This document shows positions 9,701 to 18,038 of a stretch of DNA of 64,000 nt, in pieces (the stretch's first letter is position 1; each line of letters starts with the position of its first letter). Made by a program: the position numbers and the translations under genes. The stretch lies in the IMG/VR virus record IMGVR_UViG_3300045988_144737. One strand, given 5' to 3'. The notes beneath the pieces are model-generated. The model saw only the letters and a program-made list of their open reading frames with translations. It was not told where the DNA came from and did no database searches. Source of the stretch: a virus.

Positions 9701-10964
9701 TAATATTTTCTTTGCTAGTAATCCAAATAAAACTATATCTTGTATAAGGTTTTCGTATGCTTATCATAGTATTGGTTATATTGATTTAGATAACTCATTT
9801 ATTTGCGAAGAAGCAATTTATAAGAAGTCTATAATTGATAATGCAAGTATAGACTTAGACCAACCATTAAGAGCGTTGCCTAATGGTGTGAGGGATTATA
9901 TTACACAAGATGATAAAGTAATTAGAAATGTTGGGTATGTTGATTTGGGTAGTCTTAATTATGTTGATTATTCAAATTACAACGGATATTATGCGACGGT
10001 AGGTAATTTAAAAAGCGATAATTATGGTGAAGCAATATGTACGCATTTTAAAGTGATAAAATCGCATGGAGAAATGGGTATTAGAATTGGCGCAGGTAAC
10101 TCCAATATTTATATTGAACAAGTAAGTGATATATATCCAACTGTTTCTGAATTTAAAAGCGCTATGAGTGGCGCTAAATTGTTTTATGAACTCGCTACGC
10201 CAACTACGAATGAGTTAACCGATGAACAAAAGCAACAATGGCACTCGTTACAAAGATTTAGCGATAAAACTCACATCTATGGAAACTTTAAAACATCTAT
10301 GATTGAGTATAATCAAGGATTGAAGAGTGGTGCATTGCCAAAAGTTAGCGTTAAAAATATATCTATGTCGACAGATGCAGATATATTATATGAACCATAT
10401 AATGCACAAAAAATTAATGTTGCAAATATTCAATTAAATAAATTATACAATGACAATGAATTGAGTTCAAGTGGTATATTTGATAGTGTTGATTTAGAAA
10501 AGGCATTATTTACGCAATATATAAAGTTAACATCATTCACAACACCTACATCAATTGTGTCGGGAGTTGGGGTTGATTATGTCGTAATTCCTAAACCTAG
10601 TGATTATTCGGGATATGGTAACACTACCAAAGGAGCAGTAATGGGAGGTTCGTTTAGAAGTAGTAATTCAACAACATTGATTGACTACGAGGAATTTGTT
10701 TTGTATACTAGATATAATTCAAACTCATTTTATTTGAGCATACCTAAGGGTATGAATATGGATTTAATTAAAAACTATTTATTAAATAGACAATACTATT
10801 ATACGTTAACAAATCCTATTACCCTTAATATTGGCTCAAAATTAGGACAACAATGGGAAGATTTTAAATTAAATGCTGGAATGAATACTATTTATGATGA
10901 TAGTGACAATGGCGTTTATCCTTATTTGTATTTAACTTATAGAGATTCGGCTCAGACTTCATAG
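3771..10964 (+). CDS. Giant (2397 aa) modular tail/adhesion protein
   Basis: Single uninterrupted ORF after the tape measure gene. Contains several beta-rich modules that start with NLFD and end with (I/L)YQ. Function inferred from position and modularity. Confidence 0.6.
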   Translation: MSLIFNPTPLYMLPNNQAVDVSKDVQFSFIFQGYELNSARLNLYRQNTSGKWVTINNDWYDFTLGGTKYNGDVVSSEFNLTNMLDYYGSNLGWRLEVYGYELTCNQDTQTPDDNSFPYNASGIETGDAFSFNVDGVRTLYYINIFSGNRMRFYTNREAALQNSNLNVVPYNKVSGKIGKAYGVSPLVPLVLIIPPLLKLNVPSPITVPNYEFVPTWQYFGATQTIVIKHWKATLYNDSGKEIDTSGDVYNGNLKYTFQTLLLSDNNYKVEYEVYDNNGYYYSTGLVDVKVFYETATSNFVPTLEVDCYDTSMEVDWSGAHNVRGVLSKGEPEYLDDYIVDGNYGLRLPKDVSLTYDVDMPQNQMPTFVWEPGSVNYDGEIVRFTSDTQELIVSYNNSTKTLYYTLNIKGTSYSYRSNISTEFSLKDKGTYLIGFYGNNGYIREVQTNQYVWFNVEGYVLQPTLAKQRSPEQMIVEGNVEKHEPTTYQAYVTPDSPLQLVSNVNPNTGNNHGALPTSETKQNLFTPWINKYAEGVSEAPTTIPCRNTEYNWFSRKGIFVNIMIDPSLGYVLGYHRFLTPIPQGKKIYVHFGIGGQPYSVRMYFTNDERTLKELYRASDDVGEVYDGSFTNSENYKYFVMDFTPQNSLNSMTISDVYVGLDEWDSEANYLPPFKDICVELATIGTTNIKVLGQANISCKDLTFSNYIETPNTEAYNQVLFTHPQITSIMYHINNEYCEYPLLSNMFENIFYASQKPKQDYPFTIAKSVKYRSLNVNALTLSFPKTFGDLDSIASYIKNNKNTNLQLIYPRKIENVEYQRTNDNKNTKDVGQTFRPSAYPSIFNVGDVVFPQNTLKIINSGRNTFDVSKHQGSSTSWDVSQQAYSHDGNAIVDMEDMWNLYKTIDKPMHLTFDAKMNVDGNLMISSCGSKEKQFVGTDVIRVGQNYQRFNVKIDKFTKRNDEGLNNGSELLFSDKDSIDVARINTPNGEENLFDYTKFNTQTLNGVTITNLNNGVFKIDGTPTSNNVAFPYWNISHDEFVKMFKPGMLILKGQTTNPSLFVQIFKSDSLIAQVVLRDGMIDTNDSIVISSAWLSDASVTARMLFSYADTSSFKGGFTRPILYQPNSQKTSITKNLFDKNDIFKGIRVDANGLVDITNAQTSNYIEVQPNTQYYLTNVIGLSTWFSGGYFDKDKKFISQLNVSGRFPTSGTITTPSNCYYIVLNILVNNNLVNVNEVMMSLGSTPIDYEPFETIEVVDYEIVDDDMTYPQISMNIDGDYEQVTTQGYQLFDASKLPTKSQGGATVTNNGDGSFTISGSGNLSGQFSLYYELTHEETLKMLKVGKITLNQNGGDTTPYVVVQLLKTGGGAWFQLNKSIQSVNITQEMLQDIGCVLRALLYGANGAAIQTGTIKPMLYQEKNLFDYTKIPYKAVGDTSGGNSVTLFNNQDGPFTIAGKNLFNVNGNVNVNGYNGVQVNYNTVKDGILTCEVNSARSHGVGQRLYGLKGKTISFNAKLKSIGSGTYGILYIYDGGTLKKQAGMTKLDTIFAINNYTCETDNIVVAFATNNGIGAQFYDIMVNYGAAAAGYVSFDTPVTLSEVFSSNVVDWNNTTLKRNLKAETITLETLSTSRPYFEAKVMKSASDVMALNNVNNATTSDTIEQEWLDASDTIFRCDFYNQPNQPSTPTVVYPIVYQPYDGTWEPFTGGEPSPSPSYAQEPKFVGDIGQNLFDASKLPTKSQGGATVTNNGDGSFTISGSGNTTDSYANSFEGALNVTLKEGTIYLKNVGNITNPYLSIEFKNSDGGVIKRLSLQGVEQSSASLTSDDVSKIQIVRYAIYTPASTTIQTGTIRPILYQVGDGQYRPYSETPKYYLDVNAQSDNLLNGDYLVEQGKLFLNNASLFMNRQIYRGRDCLFINTNNMNLINAKFLENKFKLNTRYYINLSVFSYNASMLGKTGLYFLVYYTDGSYNALAVPNEKDEFGNIFFASNPNKTISCIRFSYAYHSIGYIDLDNSFICEEAIYKKSIIDNASIDLDQPLRALPNGVRDYITQDDKVIRNVGYVDLGSLNYVDYSNYNGYYATVGNLKSDNYGEAICTHFKVIKSHGEMGIRIGAGNSNIYIEQVSDIYPTVSEFKSAMSGAKLFYELATPTTNELTDEQKQQWHSLQRFSDKTHIYGNFKTSMIEYNQGLKSGALPKVSVKNISMSTDADILYEPYNAQKINVANIQLNKLYNDNELSSSGIFDSVDLEKALFTQYIKLTSFTTPTSIVSGVGVDYVVIPKPSDYSGYGNTTKGAVMGGSFRSSNSTTLIDYEEFVLYTRYNSNSFYLSIPKGMNMDLIKNYLLNRQYYYTLTNPITLNIGSKLGQQWEDFKLNAGMNTIYDDSDNGVYPYLYLTYRDSAQTS
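6732..9323 (+). repeat. Intragenic array of three paralogous ~130-aa modules (6732-7130, 7620-8009, 8937-9323)
   Basis: Each module starts (N/Q)LFD.. and ends ..(K/R)P(I/M)LYQ. Copies 2 and 3 share an identical 32-aa start, LFDASKLPTKSQGGATVTNNGDGSFTISGSGN. Confidence 0.8.
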
Positions 10965-10983
10965 AAAGGGGGAATAGAGCAAA

Positions 10984-11862
10984 ATGATATTTGGTTTTGA
11001 TGCGAACTTAGGTTCAAGTGCATTAACTTCTTTAAGCACTACGACCCCTGACTTGGGGTCTTTTAATAAAATGGTTTTTTATAATAAAAACTATGATATG
11101 AAATTAACTCAAATTTATGGTAATTATATTGATGTAACCGAAGAATATTTAGAAAATTATGATGTAAGTGTTATACCAGTATTAAAACCCGAAACTTATT
11201 TATTGGCTACATTTAATCATATTATGGCAGCTGGTAACATTATTGGTTTCGATGGTAGCATTGATAAGTGGGTGTTATATAGAGAAAATTCTAGTACCCA
11301 ACAAGTGGAGCATATCACCAACCTTGATGGAGAAATTCAAAAATATATTGATTACACTGGATTAAAGGGTCAATCGTATAGATATTATATTTATGCCCAA
11401 TCAGGTAGTAAAATGTCTAATGCTTTTGTTACTAATTATGTTGATATGGATTATTATGGATATTTCTTAATTGACAAGACCAATGAAAGGGTATATGTAT
11501 TTGATACTAATGTAGGAGATAATGCAATTAGTAAAAACATGGTTTATGATACCTTTGAGGGAAATACTAAGTATGCTACTTATGCTGTTGGCAATATGGA
11601 TTATGCTAGTGGTAACATTAGTGGATTAGTTAGAAGTCCTGAAAGTATCAAAAATGGTGATGATGTAAATAATAGTATTGAGTTGTTGCAATCTTTAAGA
11701 AATTGTATTTATGATATTCATAGTGTCAAATATGTCAAAACACGAAAAGGTGAGATATTCAGGGTATTTACTTATAATTATAGCGAATCACCATTAGACC
11801 AAGCGATAGGCGCTCAACCTATGATTGCTTCGTTCTCATGGAATGAGATTGATGAGGTGTAG
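10984..11862 (+). CDS. Tail/baseplate structural protein
   Basis: 292-aa ORF with a GGGGG RBS in the tail module. Function inferred from position only. Confidence 0.5.
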   Translation: MIFGFDANLGSSALTSLSTTTPDLGSFNKMVFYNKNYDMKLTQIYGNYIDVTEEYLENYDVSVIPVLKPETYLLATFNHIMAAGNIIGFDGSIDKWVLYRENSSTQQVEHITNLDGEIQKYIDYTGLKGQSYRYYIYAQSGSKMSNAFVTNYVDMDYYGYFLIDKTNERVYVFDTNVGDNAISKNMVYDTFEGNTKYATYAVGNMDYASGNISGLVRSPESIKNGDDVNNSIELLQSLRNCIYDIHSVKYVKTRKGEIFRVFTYNYSESPLDQAIGAQPMIASFSWNEIDEV

Positions 11863-11865
11863 TCA

Positions 11866-13026
11866 ATGGAGAATAAATTGATTACACCCGAATATCTTCA
11901 TTATATATCTACAACAAAAATAACGAAACCAATATTCAGAGTAGAAATACTTAATAAATTTAATGATACTATTGAGAAAAGCATTAATGGATATGTGGAA
12001 AACAATAGCGGTAAGATTACAATAAGTAACACCGACGGAATGAGAAGAACTTGTTCATTAACGCTTAGAAACTATTCTAATGAGTTTACTGAGTATTTTG
12101 ATGGAATAAGCCTAGGAGAAAGATTTAAAGTCTATTTAGGCTACGATATGGGTTCGTCACAAGTTCTTTTTCCACAAGGGGTATTTATATACTCTAATCC
12201 TAGTTTGACGTCTGATACCGCCAGAAAGGTCGTTAACGTTGATGGGTCAGATAAATGGTCGCTTATTTCTGGTGAGTGCGGAGGAATATTGCAAGGAACT
12301 TATCAAGTTAAAAAGGGAACATCGTTGGGTGAATTTGTTAAAAATACTTTGGCTTTAGATATTGTTGGAGATTATACTCCTCCTAATATCGATGAGTCGG
12401 TATTTGATGCAAAAACAACCTATGATATTGTTCATGAGGCAGGAGAAACGATTGCTGATGTTGTTCTCGAGGTGGCTATGAATTTAAGTTGTAATGTTTA
12501 TTATGATGAAAATGGAGTGTTTACAATGACTCCGTTTGTTTATGATACAGAACGACCAAGCATTTATTCTTTTCATGAGAATAATATTAATTATATATCA
12601 GGAAAGAAAACTTATCAATTAGATGGTGTATATAATGCTGTATTAGTTGTTAGTGATAATATGCAAAATAATTCTACACCAATTAGGTCATATTTAGAAA
12701 ACACTGATTTAAGCGATGAAAATAGTCCGCTTAATGGAACTCCGTTAAAGATATATATACCTAATAATTATTTGGAGGGTATTGATACACAAGAGAAAGC
12801 TGATGCTAGAGCAAGATATGAATTAAAAATAGTTACTGCTATGCAAAGCACGGTATCAATTGAATCTAAAGCATTATATCACTTTGTAGAAAATAATATT
12901 GTAACAATAACCGACCCACATCTAAATTGTGATAATGAGAGATTTTTAATTAGTGGAATTAGTTTTGACATAGGTAGCAATGGCGGAATGTCGCTCGATG
13001 TTGTCAAGGCTAGAAAATACTTATAA
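11866..13026 (+). CDS. Tail/baseplate structural protein (possible hub/Tal-like)
   Basis: 386-aa ORF starting 4 nt after the previous stop. The hub assignment rests on position only. Confidence 0.4.
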   Translation: MENKLITPEYLHYISTTKITKPIFRVEILNKFNDTIEKSINGYVENNSGKITISNTDGMRRTCSLTLRNYSNEFTEYFDGISLGERFKVYLGYDMGSSQVLFPQGVFIYSNPSLTSDTARKVVNVDGSDKWSLISGECGGILQGTYQVKKGTSLGEFVKNTLALDIVGDYTPPNIDESVFDAKTTYDIVHEAGETIADVVLEVAMNLSCNVYYDENGVFTMTPFVYDTERPSIYSFHENNINYISGKKTYQLDGVYNAVLVVSDNMQNNSTPIRSYLENTDLSDENSPLNGTPLKIYIPNNYLEGIDTQEKADARARYELKIVTAMQSTVSIESKALYHFVENNIVTITDPHLNCDNERFLISGISFDIGSNGGMSLDVVKARKYL

Positions 13027-13044
13027 GAGAAAGGAGTGCATAAC

Positions 13045-13752
13045 ATGGAAGATAGACAATCATTAGCTTATTTAGAGTCATTTGTTAATACTACAGTAAA
13101 GAAACAAATCAATGATAAAATTAGGTCTAGTCATTTAGTGTCTCGAAAAGCAGTAACGGTTCATGAATATAATGGCGTAGATAATACTGCTAGTATAATC
13201 TTTCCTACCGACCCCGACACTCCTTCTATCTATTATTATCCAAATAGAAGTGGTGTTGCATTACAAAAAGGTCAAAAAGTTTATTTAAATTATCAAGTAG
13301 ATAATATTAGTCAAGGGTGGTTAGAATTAAATGAACCACTAACTATGTTTAGAGCAAAAGATATTTATGATATCGTATTTCCGTTGGGTATTATTATATC
13401 TAATATAAATGATGACTTTGACCCCAATGTAGCTTTTGAGGGAACTACTTGGATTAGGATTGCAGGAGTTTTTCAAGTTGGTCGTGACCCTAATGATAGC
13501 GAGCCGAACCAAAAGGTAAATTTCAATAAGTCAGGTGGAACACGAATGGGTAGTAAATGGTTGCAACGGCATAGTCATCAGCAAAAAGTAGCTGCCAATG
13601 AGCAAGGTAATGTTTACAGAAGAAGAGATTACTCAAGTGAAGGAAATGCAGGCGAGTATCAACAATTTCTGGATACTTATACCACGGGTGATGGGGATGC
13701 ACAAAATATCCCCCCAGCGATAGTAACAAACTTTTGGCAAAGAACAAAATAA
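13045..13752 (+). CDS. Baseplate/tail-fibre protein with collar-fibre-type C-terminal domain
   Basis: An AAGGAG RBS lies before the ATG at 13045. The C-terminal pattern FPLGIII..GTTW..GG..HSH..AQNIPP..NFWQRTK is typical of phage tail-fibre/baseplate C-domains (HxH ... N-x-PP ... W-x-RT). Confidence 0.55.
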   Translation: MEDRQSLAYLESFVNTTVKKQINDKIRSSHLVSRKAVTVHEYNGVDNTASIIFPTDPDTPSIYYYPNRSGVALQKGQKVYLNYQVDNISQGWLELNEPLTMFRAKDIYDIVFPLGIIISNINDDFDPNVAFEGTTWIRIAGVFQVGRDPNDSEPNQKVNFNKSGGTRMGSKWLQRHSHQQKVAANEQGNVYRRRDYSSEGNAGEYQQFLDTYTTGDGDAQNIPPAIVTNFWQRTK

Positions 13753-13838
13753 TGTCATTAAAATTTTTGTGGGAGAAGAAGAATGAATGATAATAAAGAA
13801 TATAAACAAATCATAACTCCAATAAGGGGGTTATTACA

Positions 13839-14231
13839 ATGATTGTTTTTCATAATGGCATTGGAGAATCGTTATTGACTAATACTATTACTGGTGATAC
13901 TAGTTTTGACATTAATATCTTATTAGGAATTATTGGTGTAATAATATCAATCATTGTATATAATAAGTCGAGAAGCAAGGAAACAAAAGAAGATGTTGAA
14001 TCTAAAGTTGCTAATGCCTTGACTAGCCAAAGAGAAATAGTAAAACTAGACGTTAAGTTAGATGGTATATCAACTACGATTAATACTATCAATGAAGAAT
14101 TAAAAAAACAACGAGAAAGTTTTACCAAAATTATTCGTGAAATCGATGTTATTAATAATAATTTGAATAATATTAACAAAACAATTGATGACCACGAAGA
14201 TAGAATTAGAAAATTAGAAAATAAAGATTAA
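13839..14231 (+). CDS. Membrane-anchored coiled-coil protein (XhlA/holin-like candidate)
   Basis: N-terminal TM segment ILLGIIGVIISIIVY followed by a heptad coiled coil. A hairpin follows the gene. Confidence 0.45.
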   Translation: MIVFHNGIGESLLTNTITGDTSFDINILLGIIGVIISIIVYNKSRSKETKEDVESKVANALTSQREIVKLDVKLDGISTTINTINEELKKQRESFTKIIREIDVINNNLNNINKTIDDHEDRIRKLENKD

Positions 14232-14233
14232 CT

Positions 14234-14257
14234 AAGAGTACATTAATTTGTACTCTT
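14234..14257 (+). terminator. Hairpin after the 13839 gene (weak intrinsic terminator)
   Basis: AAGAGTAC (14234-14241) pairs with GTACTCTT (14250-14257). The downstream T-tract is poor. Confidence 0.4.
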
Positions 14258-14291
14258 ATACATATATTAAGAAGAAAAAGGAGGAATTGTT

Positions 14292-15155
14292 ATGGCTTTA
14301 TTTACTAAAATTAATACTCCATGTTCTACTGTTGGTGGTGTTCCTAACGCCAATAATAAAACCGATGAATTATTAAAAATAAACGCATTAGCAAAAAAGA
14401 CCAATAGGTCAAATACAGGACAAATATCCTACACTAGCGAAACAAGTGGAACTATTTATAGAACTGCTGATTATCCAAATGTTGCTAATATTTATAACAA
14501 AGGGGAAACAGGTATTTATAATTTATTGATTAGATTATATGGTGGAGATAATGGTTTTATTATCACTCCAGATGATTATAACAATATCGAAAAAGAGTTG
14601 TCAAGCGTTTCTTCGGTGGCAAAAAATAGCATTAATGAAACATTAAATGATATTAATGATTATTCTAAAAATATCAGCAATCAAATTAGCGAGTTGAGAA
14701 ATACTCAAGTTGCATTAAAAAACGAATATGCTCAAATTATACCATATGCAAATAAAAGCATATTAATATTAAGAGCCACACCTGTTACTAGTGCTGGTAC
14801 TACAACAGCAACATTTAGTTGGGGCAATCAATATCCCAACTATTATTCTAAGGATGCGAGAATGTTAGACTTTCGCTTTTATATAAAGGGGTTAGGCAAC
14901 AACTTGGAAAGATATGGTAGCGATGGAGTTATGCTTGCTCCATCATTTCAAGACGATTTAGGTAGATACTATTGGAAAGTTGGATTGTATAGACCTAAAA
15001 TAGAAATATCTAACCAAGAAAAAACAAGTATTAAGGTGACCTTTCAAACAATACAAAATCAAACCATAGAAGATAAGATAGTAGATATTTGGTTGAAATC
15101 ATTTTATATAGTAGGAGAAGTATATATGGTCTTACAATTTGATAAAAAACAGTAA
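14292..15155 (+). CDS. Tail fibre/receptor-binding candidate, paralog 1
   Basis: The N-terminal ~105 aa are shared with the next two ORFs (..TNRSNTGQISYTS.TSG.IYRT..NKGETGIYNLL..GG.NGF). The C-terminus is unique. Confidence 0.5.
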   Translation: MALFTKINTPCSTVGGVPNANNKTDELLKINALAKKTNRSNTGQISYTSETSGTIYRTADYPNVANIYNKGETGIYNLLIRLYGGDNGFIITPDDYNNIEKELSSVSSVAKNSINETLNDINDYSKNISNQISELRNTQVALKNEYAQIIPYANKSILILRATPVTSAGTTTATFSWGNQYPNYYSKDARMLDFRFYIKGLGNNLERYGSDGVMLAPSFQDDLGRYYWKVGLYRPKIEISNQEKTSIKVTFQTIQNQTIEDKIVDIWLKSFYIVGEVYMVLQFDKKQ

Positions 15156-15170
15156 GAGAAAGGAGTAGTT

Positions 15171-15944
15171 ATGGCAATAAACAAAAAAACAGATTTACCC
15201 ATGTCTACAATTAATGTATATCCAAACGAGGGTAATTTAGTAGATGAATATACAAAAATAAATGAATTGATGTATAAAACAAATCGTAGTAATTTTGGTC
15301 AAATTAGTTGGAAGTCATCAACAAGTGGTATATTATATAGAACGTCATCAAATGTTGACAACGCAAACGTGTATAACAAGGGAGAAACAGGATTATACAA
15401 TTTGTTATTGGAAATTTATGGTGGAGACGGAGGCTTTGTTTTGACGTCTGATGATTATAATAAAATTGCTCAAGAAATAGAATCTAATTCTGACACATTA
15501 GAAAGTGGTGTGTCAAGAGTAAAAACGAACGCTCAATTATATAAACTTAGAGATGATAAAAATATTAATGGTATAAAAGAACAAAACATTCAAATACAAT
15601 CAACAATTCAACAAATGCAAAACTTAACGACCATGACTTGTACACAACAAGTGTCTGAGTTGGTTTGGGGGTTTTCTTTAATATTTTATTTTGAATTACC
15701 GCAAGGAGCAGATTCTAATCAAGTATTTGTTTCTAATTTGGAGTTATTGTTGCCAGGAAGTGAATTTTGGACTAGCGGAGATAAGACGATTACTTTGACA
15801 GCCACCATCGATGATGGCGCTAGGGAAATTGTTGTTTTAGCTGATAACAAAGCCCCTATTTACAATAGTACTGACTTGGAAAGAGGAACAAAATGCAGGA
15901 TAACTTATTGGTATAAACGAGGAGGTGTTAACGTTGGTGCTTAA
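15171..15944 (+). CDS. Tail fibre/receptor-binding candidate, paralog 2
   Basis: Conserved N-terminal block (NKGETGLYNLL) and a divergent C-terminus. Confidence 0.5.
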   Translation: MAINKKTDLPMSTINVYPNEGNLVDEYTKINELMYKTNRSNFGQISWKSSTSGILYRTSSNVDNANVYNKGETGLYNLLLEIYGGDGGFVLTSDDYNKIAQEIESNSDTLESGVSRVKTNAQLYKLRDDKNINGIKEQNIQIQSTIQQMQNLTTMTCTQQVSELVWGFSLIFYFELPQGADSNQVFVSNLELLLPGSEFWTSGDKTITLTATIDDGAREIVVLADNKAPIYNSTDLERGTKCRITYWYKRGGVNVGA

Positions 15945-16749
15945 AACTAAAATTAACCTACCCATTGATAGCGGTGACGATTATCCTAATGTTAATAACA
16001 AGAGTGGCGAGGCAACAAAAATTAGTGAATTGATTCAAAATTTACAAAGAACCAATACAGGTCAAGTACAATGGACTTCCCCAACGAGTGGAATAGTTTA
16101 TAAGACATCGGATTCGCAAGATGTTAATATTAATAACAAAGGAGAAACAGGGTTATACAATTTGTTAATTAATATGTATTCTGGAGAAAATGGTTTCATG
16201 TTGAGTGCTAATGATTTTAACGATGTTCAACAAAGAATTAATGAGACATTTAACCCATTAATTGATGAGGTCAAGCAATTATCAAATAGCCAAGACCAAA
16301 GCGCTATAAAAAATGATATTAGTATAAATCAAATGAAAAATAGCAATGATGATTTTTATAATGAATTGATTAGCTATTATAGCAATATGGATAAAGCAAA
16401 ATATTTTGAAGTAGAATATAGCTTAGGAGAGTCAAAACAAACAAGCGAAATAAATTGTGGGGTTCAATGGACTTACGATGTGCCATCAAATATATTTAAT
16501 TTCCAAACACAAAATTTTGAAGTAGTTGGATATATGTGGAGAGGAAAAGATGAAACAAAATGGAGATGGGGTAAACAAGCTGGCGTATGCTCTGTTGTTA
16601 AGAACGGATTGGATAAAATATCATATATATCTTGTTATATGGCTAAAGATAGCACTACTGGAAATAGTACCGAGGGATATGTTGATATGCACGACACAAG
16701 TCCATTTGGCGGTAGATTAAAAGTATTAATTAGAGTTGCAAATAACTAA
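15934..16749 (+). CDS. Tail fibre/receptor-binding candidate, paralog 3
   Basis: A TTG start at 15934, 8 nt after GGAGG, aligns residue-for-residue with the paralog N-termini (MVLKTKINLP vs MALFTKINTP). The track's GTG at 15925 overlaps the RBS. Confidence 0.5.
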   Translation: MVLKTKINLPIDSGDDYPNVNNKSGEATKISELIQNLQRTNTGQVQWTSPTSGIVYKTSDSQDVNINNKGETGLYNLLINMYSGENGFMLSANDFNDVQQRINETFNPLIDEVKQLSNSQDQSAIKNDISINQMKNSNDDFYNELISYYSNMDKAKYFEVEYSLGESKQTSEINCGVQWTYDVPSNIFNFQTQNFEVVGYMWRGKDETKWRWGKQAGVCSVVKNGLDKISYISCYMAKDSTTGNSTEGYVDMHDTSPFGGRLKVLIRVANN

Positions 16750-16767
16750 TAAATAAGAGGTTTTTAT

Positions 16768-16929
16768 ATGGATAAGGAAAATAAGTGCGAAAAAGTAACC
16801 ATTGGCATAAAGGTTACAAATATGGAAGAAATAAAAGATTATCTTGATTCATTAAGTGAACAAGAAAGAAAACAATTAACACAACAAGATGTTTTCAAAA
16901 TGATGAAAATAGAGACATATCAAGAATAA
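16768..16929 (+). CDS. Small hypothetical protein (53 aa)
   Basis: ATG with an AAGAGG RBS fills the gap between neighbouring genes. Below the size cutoff of the ORF track. Confidence 0.45.
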   Translation: MDKENKCEKVTIGIKVTNMEEIKDYLDSLSEQERKQLTQQDVFKMMKIETYQE

Positions 16930-16941
16930 GGAGGATAAATT

Positions 16942-17301
16942 ATGAAAGCAGACTCATTTAGAATTTCGTTTTCTACATCGCCAAGCGAGATAAACGAATT
17001 AGGTGTAAATGGTTGGGATTTATTTGAATATCCCGAAGTTGTTAATTTATATAATTCTACTTATGGGATTAATATACAAAAAGATGGAGTATTAGCAAGA
17101 TTACAAGTGATTGTAGAGACACAAGGTCAAGGTCAAATTGGATTTATTAATGATGTTGATTCATTTTGCGATTTGGTTTATGGAACTTATGATAGCATGG
17201 GATATAATGCTTTTAAGCATTGTTATATTGTACCAGAACCATCTATTAGCATAGATGTAGACAATCCATATGTAGTTAATCTAATTATTCATCAAGCATA
17301 A
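16942..17301 (+). CDS. Hypothetical tail-module protein
   Basis: 119-aa ORF with an AAGGAGG RBS. Confidence 0.6.
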   Translation: MKADSFRISFSTSPSEINELGVNGWDLFEYPEVVNLYNSTYGINIQKDGVLARLQVIVETQGQGQIGFINDVDSFCDLVYGTYDSMGYNAFKHCYIVPEPSISIDVDNPYVVNLIIHQA

Positions 17302-17317
17302 GAGAAGAGGTGATTAT

Positions 17318-17980
17318 ATGAACGATAAAGAAAATGGTGGTATTAGCTTGCCCATGGTTATTTCTTTAATTAAGAAATTGGGTGGAGATGGTAGCGGAGT
17401 AGGAGGAGAATATCTTCCTCTTTCTGGCGGAGAAATGAATGGAAACATTACATTTAAAACAGGTATGTTATATGGAACTAGTAACGATGGAGAAACCATT
17501 CCTCTTGTAGGTGTTTCTAGTGGCGTTAATGTAAACGTTGGTGGAAGTAATAGACCATTGATGCTACAATCATCTCAACGACCATCATGGAATAATGCTG
17601 ATTCTATTCAAGAGTTGTCTACTTTACAAGATATTGATACAAAAGTAGGAAAAGATTATAGAGTGATAAGTGAAACATTGGAAATTAATGGAGTTGTTTC
17701 TACGATTGCTACATTCGATGCTCCCGACATTGCACAAGCATTAGCGAATATTCAAAATTATGAAATAACATTTAATTATAGTTATGTTTCTTCTGATGGT
17801 AAAATTATTATTGAAAACCATTTAGGAACAAGTGACAACAATGAATTAATGCAAATTGAATTAGATATACCAAGTGCTAAAAACGCAATTAATATCAAAG
17901 CGCATGCACTAGGGTCTGCTATCTCAATAACTAATTTTGTAATTACTTGTCATATTAGACCGTTAAATTTAGATATGTAA
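17318..17980 (+). CDS. Tail fibre protein
   Basis: The N-terminal motif YLPLSGGEMNGNI matches the common phage tail-fibre motif LPLSGG-x-M-x-G. It is the last gene of the + strand block. Confidence 0.6.
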   Translation: MNDKENGGISLPMVISLIKKLGGDGSGVGGEYLPLSGGEMNGNITFKTGMLYGTSNDGETIPLVGVSSGVNVNVGGSNRPLMLQSSQRPSWNNADSIQELSTLQDIDTKVGKDYRVISETLEINGVVSTIATFDAPDIAQALANIQNYEITFNYSYVSSDGKIIIENHLGTSDNNELMQIELDIPSAKNAINIKAHALGSAISITNFVITCHIRPLNLDM

Positions 17981-17990
17981 TATTAAACTA

Positions 17991-18022
17991 AAAGAGAACT
18001 TAATCATAGTTCTCTTTTTTTT
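17991..18022. terminator. Rho-independent terminator between convergent gene blocks
   Basis: AAAGAGAACT (17991-18000) pairs with AGTTCTCTTT (18008-18017), followed by a T8 run. A-rich on the other side. Confidence 0.85.
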
Positions 18023-18038
18023 ATGTCATGACAATATG

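Noticed and set aside
14292-16749. Diversity-generating retroelement acting on the three fibre paralogs.
   Set aside because: No reverse transcriptase ORF and no template/variable repeat pair with A-specific mismatches was seen anywhere in the window.
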